A stretch of 63,996 nucleotides of DNA, the filler included, from Anaerolineae bacterium (lineage in GTDB: Bacteria > Chloroflexota > Anaerolineae > B4-G1 > DUEL01): assembly GCA_041082215.1 (NCBI GenBank). It is 6 parts of 6 records of this genome, joined end to end, with 100 filler letters (N's around TTAATTAATTAA, not from the genome) between each part and the next. Parts side by side here need not be neighbours in the genome. Positions count along the whole stretch, not along the records: positions 1 to 24,762 come from JBDOIF010000101.1; positions 24,863 to 47,606 come from JBDOIF010000105.1; 4 more parts are not named here. One strand, 5' to 3'. A program made the translations under genes and the position numbers. Positions 18,532-28,000 of the stretch are shown in pieces. A model generated the notes under the pieces. The model was not told where the DNA came from, searched no databases, and was given only the letters and a program-made list of their open reading frames with translations. Position 1 is the stretch's first letter. Each line of letters starts with the position of its first letter.

Positions 18532-20531
18532 CTACGGCAGGATGTACCGGTCCCCAACAGGCCGACCCCCCTCATCAACAACCGCCCATCGCTCCCCCGT
18601 CATCGGGTCGTACAGGCCGACCTCCAGCCGGTATGGGCCGGCAGGCGCATCCGACGGCAGGGAGAAGCGGTGCAACTGCACGAACCGGTCCCCGGGCCGG
18701 AGCGTGGTGGGATCCACCCACAGCCCATCGTCCACCGCCACGGGGGTCTCTCCGGCGTAAAGGTGGGCAAAGACCGAAAGCCTTGGGCCGGCGTAAACCC
18801 CCGGCGGGGGCGGGTTGGCCACCACCGGCATCGGCGGCAGGTCGAGCGTCCCTATCACCTCCCACGCCAGCCACGCCCGCACTTCTCCATCCCCCTCCTC
18901 CAGCCGCCCGCCCGCCAGCGCCAGCCCGTTGCCGAAGGTAGCCACAGGGCCATCGGCAGGGACCGGGAGTTCGCTGGGGACGGGGTACAGGCGCAGTTCA
19001 CCCCTCTCCCAGAGGACCGGCCCCCTCAGCAGAGCCTCCAGCCGCGGATCGGGGTCGGGGAACGGGGTCAACAGGAGCAACGGACCCGGGCCGGACGGCA
19101 CCAGCAGCGCCCGCTCCGGGTTGAACAGCCGCACTCGCACATCCTCCCGCCGCAGGTCGTCGTCCAGCGCCAGTCGGTCCCACGGCCCCAGCAGTGCGCT
19201 TCCCACCGCCACATCCACAATCTCGGGGTGCGCGTCCAGATACCGCGCCACCTCCCGATAATCGGCCCGGTAGAGGAAGCGGACCATCCCCCGTTCCGGC
19301 CAGGTGACGAAGTAATCGCGGAGGTCGCGGGCGGAAGAGAAAAGAAACAGGAGGCAGAAAGCAGCAAGCAGGGGGCCTCTGACGTTTGACGCCTGACGCC
19401 TGACGCCTGACGCCTGACGCCTGACGCCTGACGCCTGACGCCCGCCATCCACTCCAGAGGTAGCGCCGCCAGCAGGTACGCTGCCGGCTGAGCCAGGATG
19501 GTGTGGCCCAGGCTGGCCGGGGGCAGGGTGAGAAGGGCCGGGCTGATGCCAGCGACCAGCCACAGGAGCAGGAAGCCATACTCGGGCCGACGCCACCGCC
19601 AGAGGGCCACCCCCAGCCCGAGGAAGAAGAGCACTGCACCGGTCGGGCCAAAAACCGGGCGACCGGGCAGGTTGTAGAGCCATTCGGGATCGCCAGTGGC
19701 GTGGAACATCCCCAGCGTCGTCAGCGCGTTCTCCACCAGCGGTCGGGGGTTGCCGGCCCGCAGCTCCCGCAGCGGCACAGAAAGCTCGGCAATACGGGCG
19801 TCCGCCCCGATCCCCCGCGCCGCCGCCTCGCTCCGACCCTGAGCGATGGCGACCCACAGGGGCAGGGTCACCAGCAGCGCCACCACCAGGGCCAGCAGCA
19901 GCGGCCGCCACCGGCGACGGAACTGCTCCCGGTGGAACAGGGCCAGGTAGAGGCCGAAGGCCACGAGGATCAGGGGGAGAAGCCGGGAGGCGGTGTAGGT
20001 GTACAGCGCCGCCGCCAGCAGCAGCCCCCAGACGAGCGGCCGCAGCCAGGCCGGGCGGGGCCGATTCGACCACCAGAGGTAGAAGAGCGCCAGGGTGGAC
20101 GGGAGCGTCATCGAGTGCCGCAGGCCAAACCGGCTGTACATCAGCGACCAGAAGCTGGTCGCCACAAGCGCCGCCGCCCCGAACCCCGCCGCCCGTCCGA
20201 ACAGTCGCCGGCCCAGCAAGCAGGTCAGTGGCACGGTAAGGGCGCCGCAGACGATGGAGAGGAGGTGTCCCCCCAGCGGATTCATCCCCACCAGCAGCAA
20301 CACCCCGGCGTGGAGAGTGTGATAGAGCGGCTCATGGCCCGAGGCGCCGGTAAAGTAGAGGGTGGGATGCCCGGCCAGGACCTCTCCGCTGAGGGCGTGG
20401 ATATTGATCAGCTCGTCGTCCCGCCAGCCGGGGGGGACATCCGCTGGCTGCCAGACCCGCAGTCCCCAGCCGATCAGCACCAGCAGGAGCGCAAGGCCCC
20501 ACTCCCAGAGGGAAAGGCGGCTCCTTCTCAC
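18532..20531 (-). pseudogene. GT-C membrane glycosyltransferase, paralog 3, frameshifted at a heptamer repeat tract (possibly phase-variable)
   Basis: GTG 20531 (PPGWRDDE, SGHEPLY, ALYTYTASR) reads in one frame to the tract; RDYFVTWP...SVFAHL...VGLYD continues in another frame to TAG at 18532; total 2000 nt, not a multiple of 3. Confidence 0.85.
19387..19442. repeat. Perfect simple sequence repeat (TGACGCC)8
   Basis: Eight exact units plus a degenerate tgacgtt at 19380-19386. Confidence 0.97.
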
Positions 20532-22549
20532 GGCGCTACCACCTCCACCGGGCAAAGCAGCACCCGATCGTCTACCGATGCCCCCTCTGCCAGCACAGAT
20601 AGCCGCATGCCATCCGCCTCCCGATAGGCCCCCACCTGAAGGTGATACCAGCCCGGTGGAGTCGCTTCGGGGACGGCGAACCGATGCACCTGCGCCACTA
20701 CATCCCCCGGATGCCAGTTCCAGGACGGCGCGTCCAGCCGGTCGGATTGGGCCAGCACGTGGCTCTCGCCGTCCAGCAGGTGGGCAAACAGCACCAACCC
20801 TTCCCGGGGTCCATCCACCCGCCAGAAGCTCACCAGCGCCACCTCCCCCCCCGGTTCGACGACGGGGGTCAGCAGCCGGTAGCCGACCAGCTCGACCCCC
20901 CCCTCCAGCGCGACCGGCAACTCCAGCGGGTGATAGACGAAATCGGCGGGCAGCATCTCCCCCTCGAACCATCCTGCCGGACCCTGCGCCCCCGCCAGGG
21001 CCTCACCGAGCGCTGCCGCCACATCCCACTGCAACACCGCCACCTCCGTCACCAGATCGCCGGGCCGCAGGGGAATCGGCGGCAGCGGACGGGCGTGCGG
21101 CGCAACCAGCGCCTCCAGCGCCGGGTCCAGCGGCACGGCGGAGGGGACGAGCAGCCGCGCCTCTCCGCTGGCGGGGAAGACCAGCGCCCCCCGCCCATCG
21201 AACCAGCGCAGGTCCGGGTCGGCCCGCCCCCGCAGCACCTCCATCGCCGAGGGATCGTGCGGCTGCCGGGGGTAAAAGGTGGAGATGGCAACCAGCCCTT
21301 CCGGCCCGGTCCCCTCCAGATAGTCCGCCTCCGCCGCCAGGTGGACGTGGTAGGCCACCCGCACGTCCCGGTGGTTCGCCCAGGTGAAGAAATAGGTATG
21401 CAACGTCTCTGCCGCGACCCAGGCGGCAAGGGTGGTGAAGACAACCGCCAGCGCCACAGGTGCGATGCGCCCCCCTCTGACCGACCGATGGAGCTCGACG
21501 AAGGGGAGGACGCAGAGGCCAAAGACGGCCGGTTGGGCGGCGATGGCCCGCAGCGACGAACTCTCCAGCCCGGTCACCAGCGCCGGAGCGACCCCCACCA
21601 GCAGCCACAGGAGGAGCAGGCGCGGCCCCGGCTGCCCCGGGCGGGCCAGCGCCAGGAGCACCCCCAGATAGAAGAGAACGGCCAGCGGTAAGAGAAGGAG
21701 GGGCTGGCCGGACAGGTTGTACATCCAGTGCACGTCCCCCCGGTGGCTGAACATCAGCGCCGCCTCGCCCATCCGTCGCAGGAGAAGGGAGGGATCGCCC
21801 GACCAGGCTGCCCGGAGCGGCGCGGCCAGCTCCGCCACCCGCACCTCCAGCTCCGGATGGCGGGCCAGGTAGATGAGCAGCGGCGCGGCGACTGCCGTCA
21901 TCACCGTCAGCATCGTCAGCGTCCCCCGCCAGCCTGCCCGGAAACGGGGGCGGTCGGCCCAGGCCAGGCTCAGCCAGAACAGCACCGGCACAAGCCAGAC
22001 CACGCGGGCGGGCATATACGTGTAGAACCCCAACCCCAACAACACCCCCGCCCCCACGTAGGGGCCGACCTTGTGTCGGCCCCTACGTCCATACAGCCCC
22101 CGCCAGAACAAAACCATCGCCGCGGTGAAAAGGGCCGGCATCGTGATCGAGCGCAGAATCTCCCGGCTGGTGGAAAGGGGCCAGAAGGAGACCGCCATCA
22201 GGAGCGCCGCACCCAACGCCCCTGCCTCCCCCAGCGGACCGCGCAGCGCCGCATACGTGAGCGCCACCAGCGCCAGCCCCCACACCGCCGACGAGAGCCG
22301 CCCCGTCGTCTCCCGCATCCCCAGCAATCCCACCAGCGGCGCAGTCACATAATCGTAGAACGGCTCCCGGCCATAGCTGCTGGTGAGGTAGATGGGACGC
22401 GCACCCTCCCGGATGCGGCGTGCGTCCTGCAGATGGGCCGCCTCGTCGTGGGTCACCCCCGGTGGAACCTCGCCCAGCCGTGCCAGGCGGAAAGCCGCCG
22501 CGACCAGGAGCACCCCAACCAGCGAGAAGAGCGCCGCCCTCCGGCTCAC
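20528..22549 (-). CDS. GT-C membrane glycosyltransferase, paralog 2
   Basis: PPGVTHDE, YGREPFY, GFYTYMPAR, C-terminal LFAHLLD domain. Confidence 0.88.
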   Translation of the reverse strand: MSRRAALFSLVGVLLVAAAFRLARLGEVPPGVTHDEAAHLQDARRIREGARPIYLTSSYGREPFYDYVTAPLVGLLGMRETTGRLSSAVWGLALVALTYAALRGPLGEAGALGAALLMAVSFWPLSTSREILRSITMPALFTAAMVLFWRGLYGRRGRHKVGPYVGAGVLLGLGFYTYMPARVVWLVPVLFWLSLAWADRPRFRAGWRGTLTMLTVMTAVAAPLLIYLARHPELEVRVAELAAPLRAAWSGDPSLLLRRMGEAALMFSHRGDVHWMYNLSGQPLLLLPLAVLFYLGVLLALARPGQPGPRLLLLWLLVGVAPALVTGLESSSLRAIAAQPAVFGLCVLPFVELHRSVRGGRIAPVALAVVFTTLAAWVAAETLHTYFFTWANHRDVRVAYHVHLAAEADYLEGTGPEGLVAISTFYPRQPHDPSAMEVLRGRADPDLRWFDGRGALVFPASGEARLLVPSAVPLDPALEALVAPHARPLPPIPLRPGDLVTEVAVLQWDVAAALGEALAGAQGPAGWFEGEMLPADFVYHPLELPVALEGGVELVGYRLLTPVVEPGGEVALVSFWRVDGPREGLVLFAHLLDGESHVLAQSDRLDAPSWNWHPGDVVAQVHRFAVPEATPPGWYHLQVGAYREADGMRLSVLAEGASVDDRVLLCPVEVVAP
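22056..22088. repeat. GTAG-type REP palindrome, in frame (RRGRHKVGPY)
   Basis: Perfect 14-bp arms acgtaggggccgac / gtcggcccctacgt, 5-nt loop. Confidence 0.85.
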
Positions 22550-24621
22550 GGCTCCACCACCTCCACGGGTGTCAGCAGGAGCCGGCTCTGAACTACCCCC
22601 GGCCCCACCTCAACCAGCAGCCGGACGGACGGGTCCCGCCGCAGGTAGGCGCCGACCTCCGGCACATAGAGGCCGGGGGGAAGATCGCCCGGCAGGGAGA
22701 AGCGATGGACCTGCAGGAAAGCCTCCCCGGCCTGCCAGTTCCAGGAGGGCACGTCCAGCCGGTCCATCTGGGCCACCACCGATCCGGCGGGGTCCAGCAG
22801 GTGGGTGAAGAGCACCACTTCCTCCGGCGCCGGCCCCCCCGTCTCCCACAGCGTCACCACCTCCACCACCCCGCCGGTGGGAACCCGGCGGGTTCGGAGG
22901 TCGTACCCCAGGAGCCGCAGAGACTCGCCGAACGCGACCGGCAGGTCGAGCGGCTCACATCCCGTCAGCGGCTCCTCTGGCGGGAAGGAAGCAGCCGGAC
23001 TCCAGCAGACCGGTTCCCCCATCATCGCAGCCTGTACCTGCGCCCGCGCTGCCGGGCCGTTCCACTGGTAGACCCCAATGGCGGGATCGAAGTCGTCGGG
23101 CCGCAGCTCGATCCGGTCTATGAGGACAGCGTGCGCTTCCAGGAGTGGCTCCAGCGCCGGGTCCGGCGGGGTGACGGCCGGGAGTAGCAGCCGCCCGGGC
23201 TCGGCAGGGAGGACCAGGCCGCCGCGACCGTCGAACCAGCGGAGGGAGATTCCCTTGTTTTGCAGCGTGGCGGTCACCACCCGGGGGTCGTGGAACTGGC
23301 CGGGAAAGAGGGTGGAGATAGCGACCGGCCCCTCGTCCGGGTGCTCATCCGGATACGCCGCCACTGCCACCAGGTCCACATGGCAATGGACCCGCACATC
23401 CCGGTTGTTGGCCCAGGTGACGAAATAGGTGTAGGCCGCCTCGACGCCGGTCGCCAGGAGGAGCAGCGCCGCCAGCCCGTAAACAGGTCTCCGCAGGGAG
23501 GGCCGGACCCGGCGGGCGAGGGCGCCGAACGCCAGCGCGGGGAAGAGGAAGACAACTGGTTGGGCCAGGATCGCCCGCAGGTTGACCGCCTCGATGCCGG
23601 TGGCGAGGGCAGGGAAGACCCCCACGCCGAGCCAGAGCAGGGAGAGGGCGGAGGCGGGCTCTCGCCAGCGGGCCAGGGCAAGCAGCAATCCGATGACGAA
23701 GAGCGCGCCGCCCACCGGATCAAAGATGGGGCGGCCCGGTATGTTGTAGGGGATGAAAGTATCCCCATAGATGAAGAACATCCGCGCCGCAGAGCGCATC
23801 TGTGCCCACAGCGGCCCGGGGTCGCCCGCTGCAAGGGCCCGCAGGGGCTCATCCAGCATCCCTACCCGGATGTTCAGTTCCGGGTGGGCATGCAGGTAGA
23901 GGTAAAGGGGGGCAGCCACGACGGCCGCCGTCGCCAGCACAAGCCCCATACGGCCCAACGCCCGCCACCCGCCGCGCCGGGTCACCAGCAGGTAGAAGCC
24001 CCAGAGGATGAAGACCCCCGGCGCCACACGGGCGGCCAGGTAGGTGTATTGAGCGATGCCCAGGAACAGCCCGCTCAGGAAGGCCGTCCACCATCGGGGC
24101 CGCCCGGGGGGGAAAAGGGAGCGGTGCAGCCAGTAGAGGGAGAGGGAAAAGAACAGCGGCAGCGTCACTGCCCGCAGCCCCATCCGGCTGGTAGTGAAGC
24201 CCCAAAATGAGAGGGCCAGCCAGCCGGTGGCGAGCAGCGCCTCGGGAAGATCGAAGAGCCGGCGCACCGTGGTGAAAGCCGCAGCCAGGAGCAGCATCCC
24301 CCAGAAGGCGGTGGTGAGCCGCATCGCGAAGGGAGTTGGCCCCAGCAGCGCCATCATCCCGGCCACCGAGTAGGGGTAAAGGGGTTCCTTGCCCTGGGCA
24401 ACGGGGAAGAAGAGGGGACGGATCCCCGCAAGCACCCCCGCCCCGTCGTAAACGTTGTTGGCCTCGTCGTGGGTCAGCCCGGGAGGCACCTCGCTCAGAA
24501 AGAGGAAGCGCAGCGCAGCCCCCGCCAGCAGAATGGAGAGGATCAGGGCCCATGCGGCAGGGGGGAGAGCTGACCGGGGCTGTATATGTCCCGCAACCGG
24601 AGTTCGACGGTCTGTAGCCAT
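22546..24621 (-). CDS. GT-C membrane glycosyltransferase, paralog 1 (first gene of operon)
   Basis: PPGLTHDE, QGKEPLY, QYTYLAAR, C-terminal LFTHLLD domain; ATG 24621 chosen because it lies just downstream of the promoter. Confidence 0.85.
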   Translation of the reverse strand: MATDRRTPVAGHIQPRSALPPAAWALILSILLAGAALRFLFLSEVPPGLTHDEANNVYDGAGVLAGIRPLFFPVAQGKEPLYPYSVAGMMALLGPTPFAMRLTTAFWGMLLLAAAFTTVRRLFDLPEALLATGWLALSFWGFTTSRMGLRAVTLPLFFSLSLYWLHRSLFPPGRPRWWTAFLSGLFLGIAQYTYLAARVAPGVFILWGFYLLVTRRGGWRALGRMGLVLATAAVVAAPLYLYLHAHPELNIRVGMLDEPLRALAAGDPGPLWAQMRSAARMFFIYGDTFIPYNIPGRPIFDPVGGALFVIGLLLALARWREPASALSLLWLGVGVFPALATGIEAVNLRAILAQPVVFLFPALAFGALARRVRPSLRRPVYGLAALLLLATGVEAAYTYFVTWANNRDVRVHCHVDLVAVAAYPDEHPDEGPVAISTLFPGQFHDPRVVTATLQNKGISLRWFDGRGGLVLPAEPGRLLLPAVTPPDPALEPLLEAHAVLIDRIELRPDDFDPAIGVYQWNGPAARAQVQAAMMGEPVCWSPAASFPPEEPLTGCEPLDLPVAFGESLRLLGYDLRTRRVPTGGVVEVVTLWETGGPAPEEVVLFTHLLDPAGSVVAQMDRLDVPSWNWQAGEAFLQVHRFSLPGDLPPGLYVPEVGAYLRRDPSVRLLVEVGPGVVQSRLLLTPVEVVEP

Positions 24622-24631
24622 AAACGGTTCC

Positions 24632-24660
24632 ATCATACCGCAACCGGTGGGGATTGACAA
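24632..24660 (-). promoter_or_regulatory. Sigma70-type promoter of the GT-C operon
   Basis: TTGTCA-17 nt-TATGAT on minus strand, 10 nt before ATG. Confidence 0.6.
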
Positions 24661-24673
24661 GGCGGCGCGAACG

Positions 24674-24762
24674 CGCGGCGGGAGAGGCCCTCACCCCTCC
24701 CCCCGGCCCTTCGGGCCACCCCCTCCCCTCTCCCACGCGGCGGGAGAGGCCCTCACCCCTCC
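24674..24762. repeat. CCCTCACCCC-type repeat with GGCCC-TTCG-GGCC hairpin; tandem copy runs into contig end
   Basis: 27-nt direct repeat at 24674-24700 and 24736-24762; near-identical core at 55429-55486. Confidence 0.75.
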
Positions 24763-24862
24763 NNNNNNNNNNNNNNNNNNNNNNNNNNNNNNNNNNNNNN
24801 NNNNNNTTAATTAATTAANNNNNNNNNNNNNNNNNNNNNNNNNNNNNNNNNNNNNNNNNNNN
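24763..24862. other. Artificial contig spacer
   Basis: N-run with TTAATTAATTAA six-frame stop linker. Confidence 0.98.
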
Positions 24863-25009
24863 CGCTGAAGGTGCGAGGGGAGGTGATCGGGGTGCTGGAC
24901 GTGCAGTCGGAGGCGGCGGCGGCGTTCAGCGAAGAGGATGTGGCGGTGTTGCAGACGATGGCCGACCAGGTGGCGCTGGCCATCGAAAACGCCCGACTGC
25001 TGGAGGAGA
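24863..25009 (+). repeat. 147-bp exact repeat (GAF C-terminal segment), copy 1
   Basis: Identical to 47707-47853. Confidence 0.95.
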
Positions 25010-28000
25010 GCCAGCGGTCGCTGCAGGAGCTCCAGGCAGCCTATGGCGAGTACGTCCGCGCTACCTGGCGGGGCGTGGAAAAGCTGCCCGCCTTCGAGTA
25101 CGACCGGGTGGAAGTACGGCCCGCCGAGCTGGTGCCCGATCCACTTGTCGAGAAGGCGCTGAGCCAGAGGGACGTCGTGACGGTGGACGATCCTCAGAAC
25201 GGCCGCTCAGCGCTGGTCGCTCCGCTCCGGCTGCACGACCAGGTGATCGGTGCCCTGGCCCTGGAGGAAAGAGGCCCATCCCGCCCCTGGACCGATGAAG
25301 AAATCGAGCTGCTGAGAGCGGTGAGCGAGCAGGTGGCGCTGGCGCTGGAAAACGCCCGCCTCTTTGAAGAAACCCGCCTCCATGCAGAGGAACTGGCCAT
25401 GTTGAACGAATTGAGCCAGTCCCTCACGGCCCGCCTCAACCTGGAAGAGGTTCTGATCGAGGTCTACCAGGGTGCCTCCCGCCTGCTGGATACGACCAAC
25501 TTCTATATCGCCCTGTATGATGTGAATACCGGAACGGTCTCGTTCCCTGTGGCGATTGAGGATGGGCAGCCTGTACAGTGGCGGCCCCGCCCGGCAGGAA
25601 ATGGCCTCACGGAGTATATCATCCGCAGCCGGAAGCCGCTGCTCATCACAGAAAACGTGCCCGAAAAGCTGAGGGAGCTGGGAGTGGATATGATCGGGCG
25701 GGCAGCCCTCTCCTGGATGGGAGTGCCGCTGATGCTCGGCGACCGGGTGCTGGGCGTGATGGCCGCCCAGAGCTACACCACTGCCCACGCCTACGACGAG
25801 CATGCGCTCAACCTGATGACGGCTATCGCCAGCCAGGCAGCCATCGCCATTCAGAATGCCAATCTCTTTGAGGAGACGCAGGCTGCCCTGGCGGAGACCG
25901 AGGCGCTGTACGGGGCCATCGCCGAGCTGAACGCCGCTCAGACCTATCCGGACATCCTCGCCGTCCTCCGCCGCCACACGCTCCTCGGTCAGGCCGACCG
26001 CAACCTGACCATTGACCTGTTCGACCGACCCTGGACGGCGGATCGGCTACCGGAGTGGGTCGAGGTGCAGGCGCGATGGATCACACCCCCCTCCGGCGGG
26101 CTCCCCTCGCGGTATGCGATACGGGAATTCCCCTCCGCTGCCGCCATCCTGCGGCCAGATCGCCCGACCCTTATCACCGACGTGGAATCCGACCCGCGCC
26201 TCGGGGAGAGGATGCGCTCCCTGTTCCTGCAGCAATTCCAGGCCCGATGCACGATCTTCGTGCCTCTGGTGGTGGGTGGACAGTGGATCGGCTACATCAA
26301 CGGGATTTACAGTGAGCCGTTCTCTTTTCCGGAGGAGGGGATACGACGGTTGATGAGCCTGGCCAGCCAGGCCGCCATCGCCGTTCAGTCCATCCGGCGG
26401 CTGGAGGAGACCCAGCGGCGTGCAACCCAACTGGCCGCCGCCGCCGAGGTAGCCCGCGATGCTACCGCCATCCTCGACGTGGGCCAGTTGCTGGATGAGA
26501 CGGTCCAGCTGATCTCCGAGCAGTTCGGCTTCTACCACGCCGGCGTCTTCCTGCTGGACGAACAGGGGGAGTATGCGGTGCTCCAGGCAGCCTCCTCTGA
26601 GGGCGGGAAGCGGATGCTGGCGCGGGGCCACCGGCTCAAGGTCGGTGAGGCCGGCATCGTCGGCTACGTGGCGAGCACTGGAGAACCCCGCATCGCCCTG
26701 GATGTGGGCGCGGATGCCGTTCACCTGGCCAATCCTGACCTGCCCGACACCCGCTCAGAGCTGGCCCTCCCCCTGGTCAGCCGTGGGAGGATCATCGGCG
26801 TGCTGGACGTGCAGTCCAACCGACAGGCCGCCTTCTCCGAGGAGGACGTGGCCGTCCTGCGGACGATGGCCGACCAGTTGGCTACCGCCATCGAGAACGC
26901 CCGCCTCTTCGCCGAAACCGAGCGCTCCCTGACGGAGACCCGGGAGCTGTTCCAGGCCAGCCAGGCCATCGGCGCGGCCACCAGCTCCTCCGAGGTGGGA
27001 CAGGCTCTGATGCGCTACGTCGCCACGACAGACCTGGATGTGGGAAGGCTGATCCTCTACGAGTTTATGGAAGACAGGCCGACGGAGATCCTGCTGGCGG
27101 AGGAATGGTCAGCGGATGGGCAGGCCCACTTCGGCGTCGGCGTCCGTATCCCGATGACCGACTTCGCCCTCAGCCAGCTTTTGAACCTGCCCGAGGAGGT
27201 CGTTGTCGTCGAAGATATCCACGCCGATGAGCGGCTGGACGGACAGACCCTTTCCCTTCTGGAAGTGGCCCGGCTCCGTTCCGTCGCCCTTATCCCTCTG
27301 ATAGTGGGCCGCCGCCAGATCGGGGGGCTGCTGGTAGGGAAACGCCAGCCATCCCTCTATCCGGAGCGGCTGATCCGCAACCTCCAGACCCTCTGCGGTC
27401 AGGCGGCTATCGCCATCGAGAACCTGCGTCTGCTGGAGGAGACCCGCCGAAGGGCCCGGGAGCTGGAGGCGATCAACGAGCTGGGGCGGACCATCTCCTC
27501 CGTCCTGGACCCGGACGTGCTGATCCGCCAGATTGTGGACACGACGAAGGAGCGGTTCGGCCACTTCTTTGTGAGCGTGCTCCTTGTGGACGGAGACAGG
27601 CTGGCCTTCTGGGACGGAAGCACCATCGGCGATTCCGGGCTTCGCCTGGAACCACGCAGCATCTCCTTCAGCCTGGAGGAGCCTGGCCTGGCGACGGAGG
27701 CGGTCCGCACCGCGCAGCCTGTCCTGGTCAACGACGTGTTGAGCGATCCCCGCTACAGATCGGTCCCCGAACTGGAGGCCGTCCGCTCCGAGCTGGATGT
27801 CCCCATCGAGGTCAAGGGGCAGGTCATCGGTGTGTTGAACGTGCAGAGCGAGCGGCTCCACGCCTATCGCCAGACCGACGTGCTGCTCCTGCAGTCCCTG
27901 GCGGCCCAGGCAGGCGTGGCCATCGAGAACGCCCGGCTGTTCGCCGAGACGGAGGCGGAGGCCCGGCGGCGTGCTTTGATCAACGAGGTGCTCCAGGCCG

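Noticed and set aside
24863..25009. Diversity-generating retroelement template/variable repeat pair with 47707-47853
   Set aside because: The copies are identical with no adenine-specific mismatches, and no reverse transcriptase is in the window.
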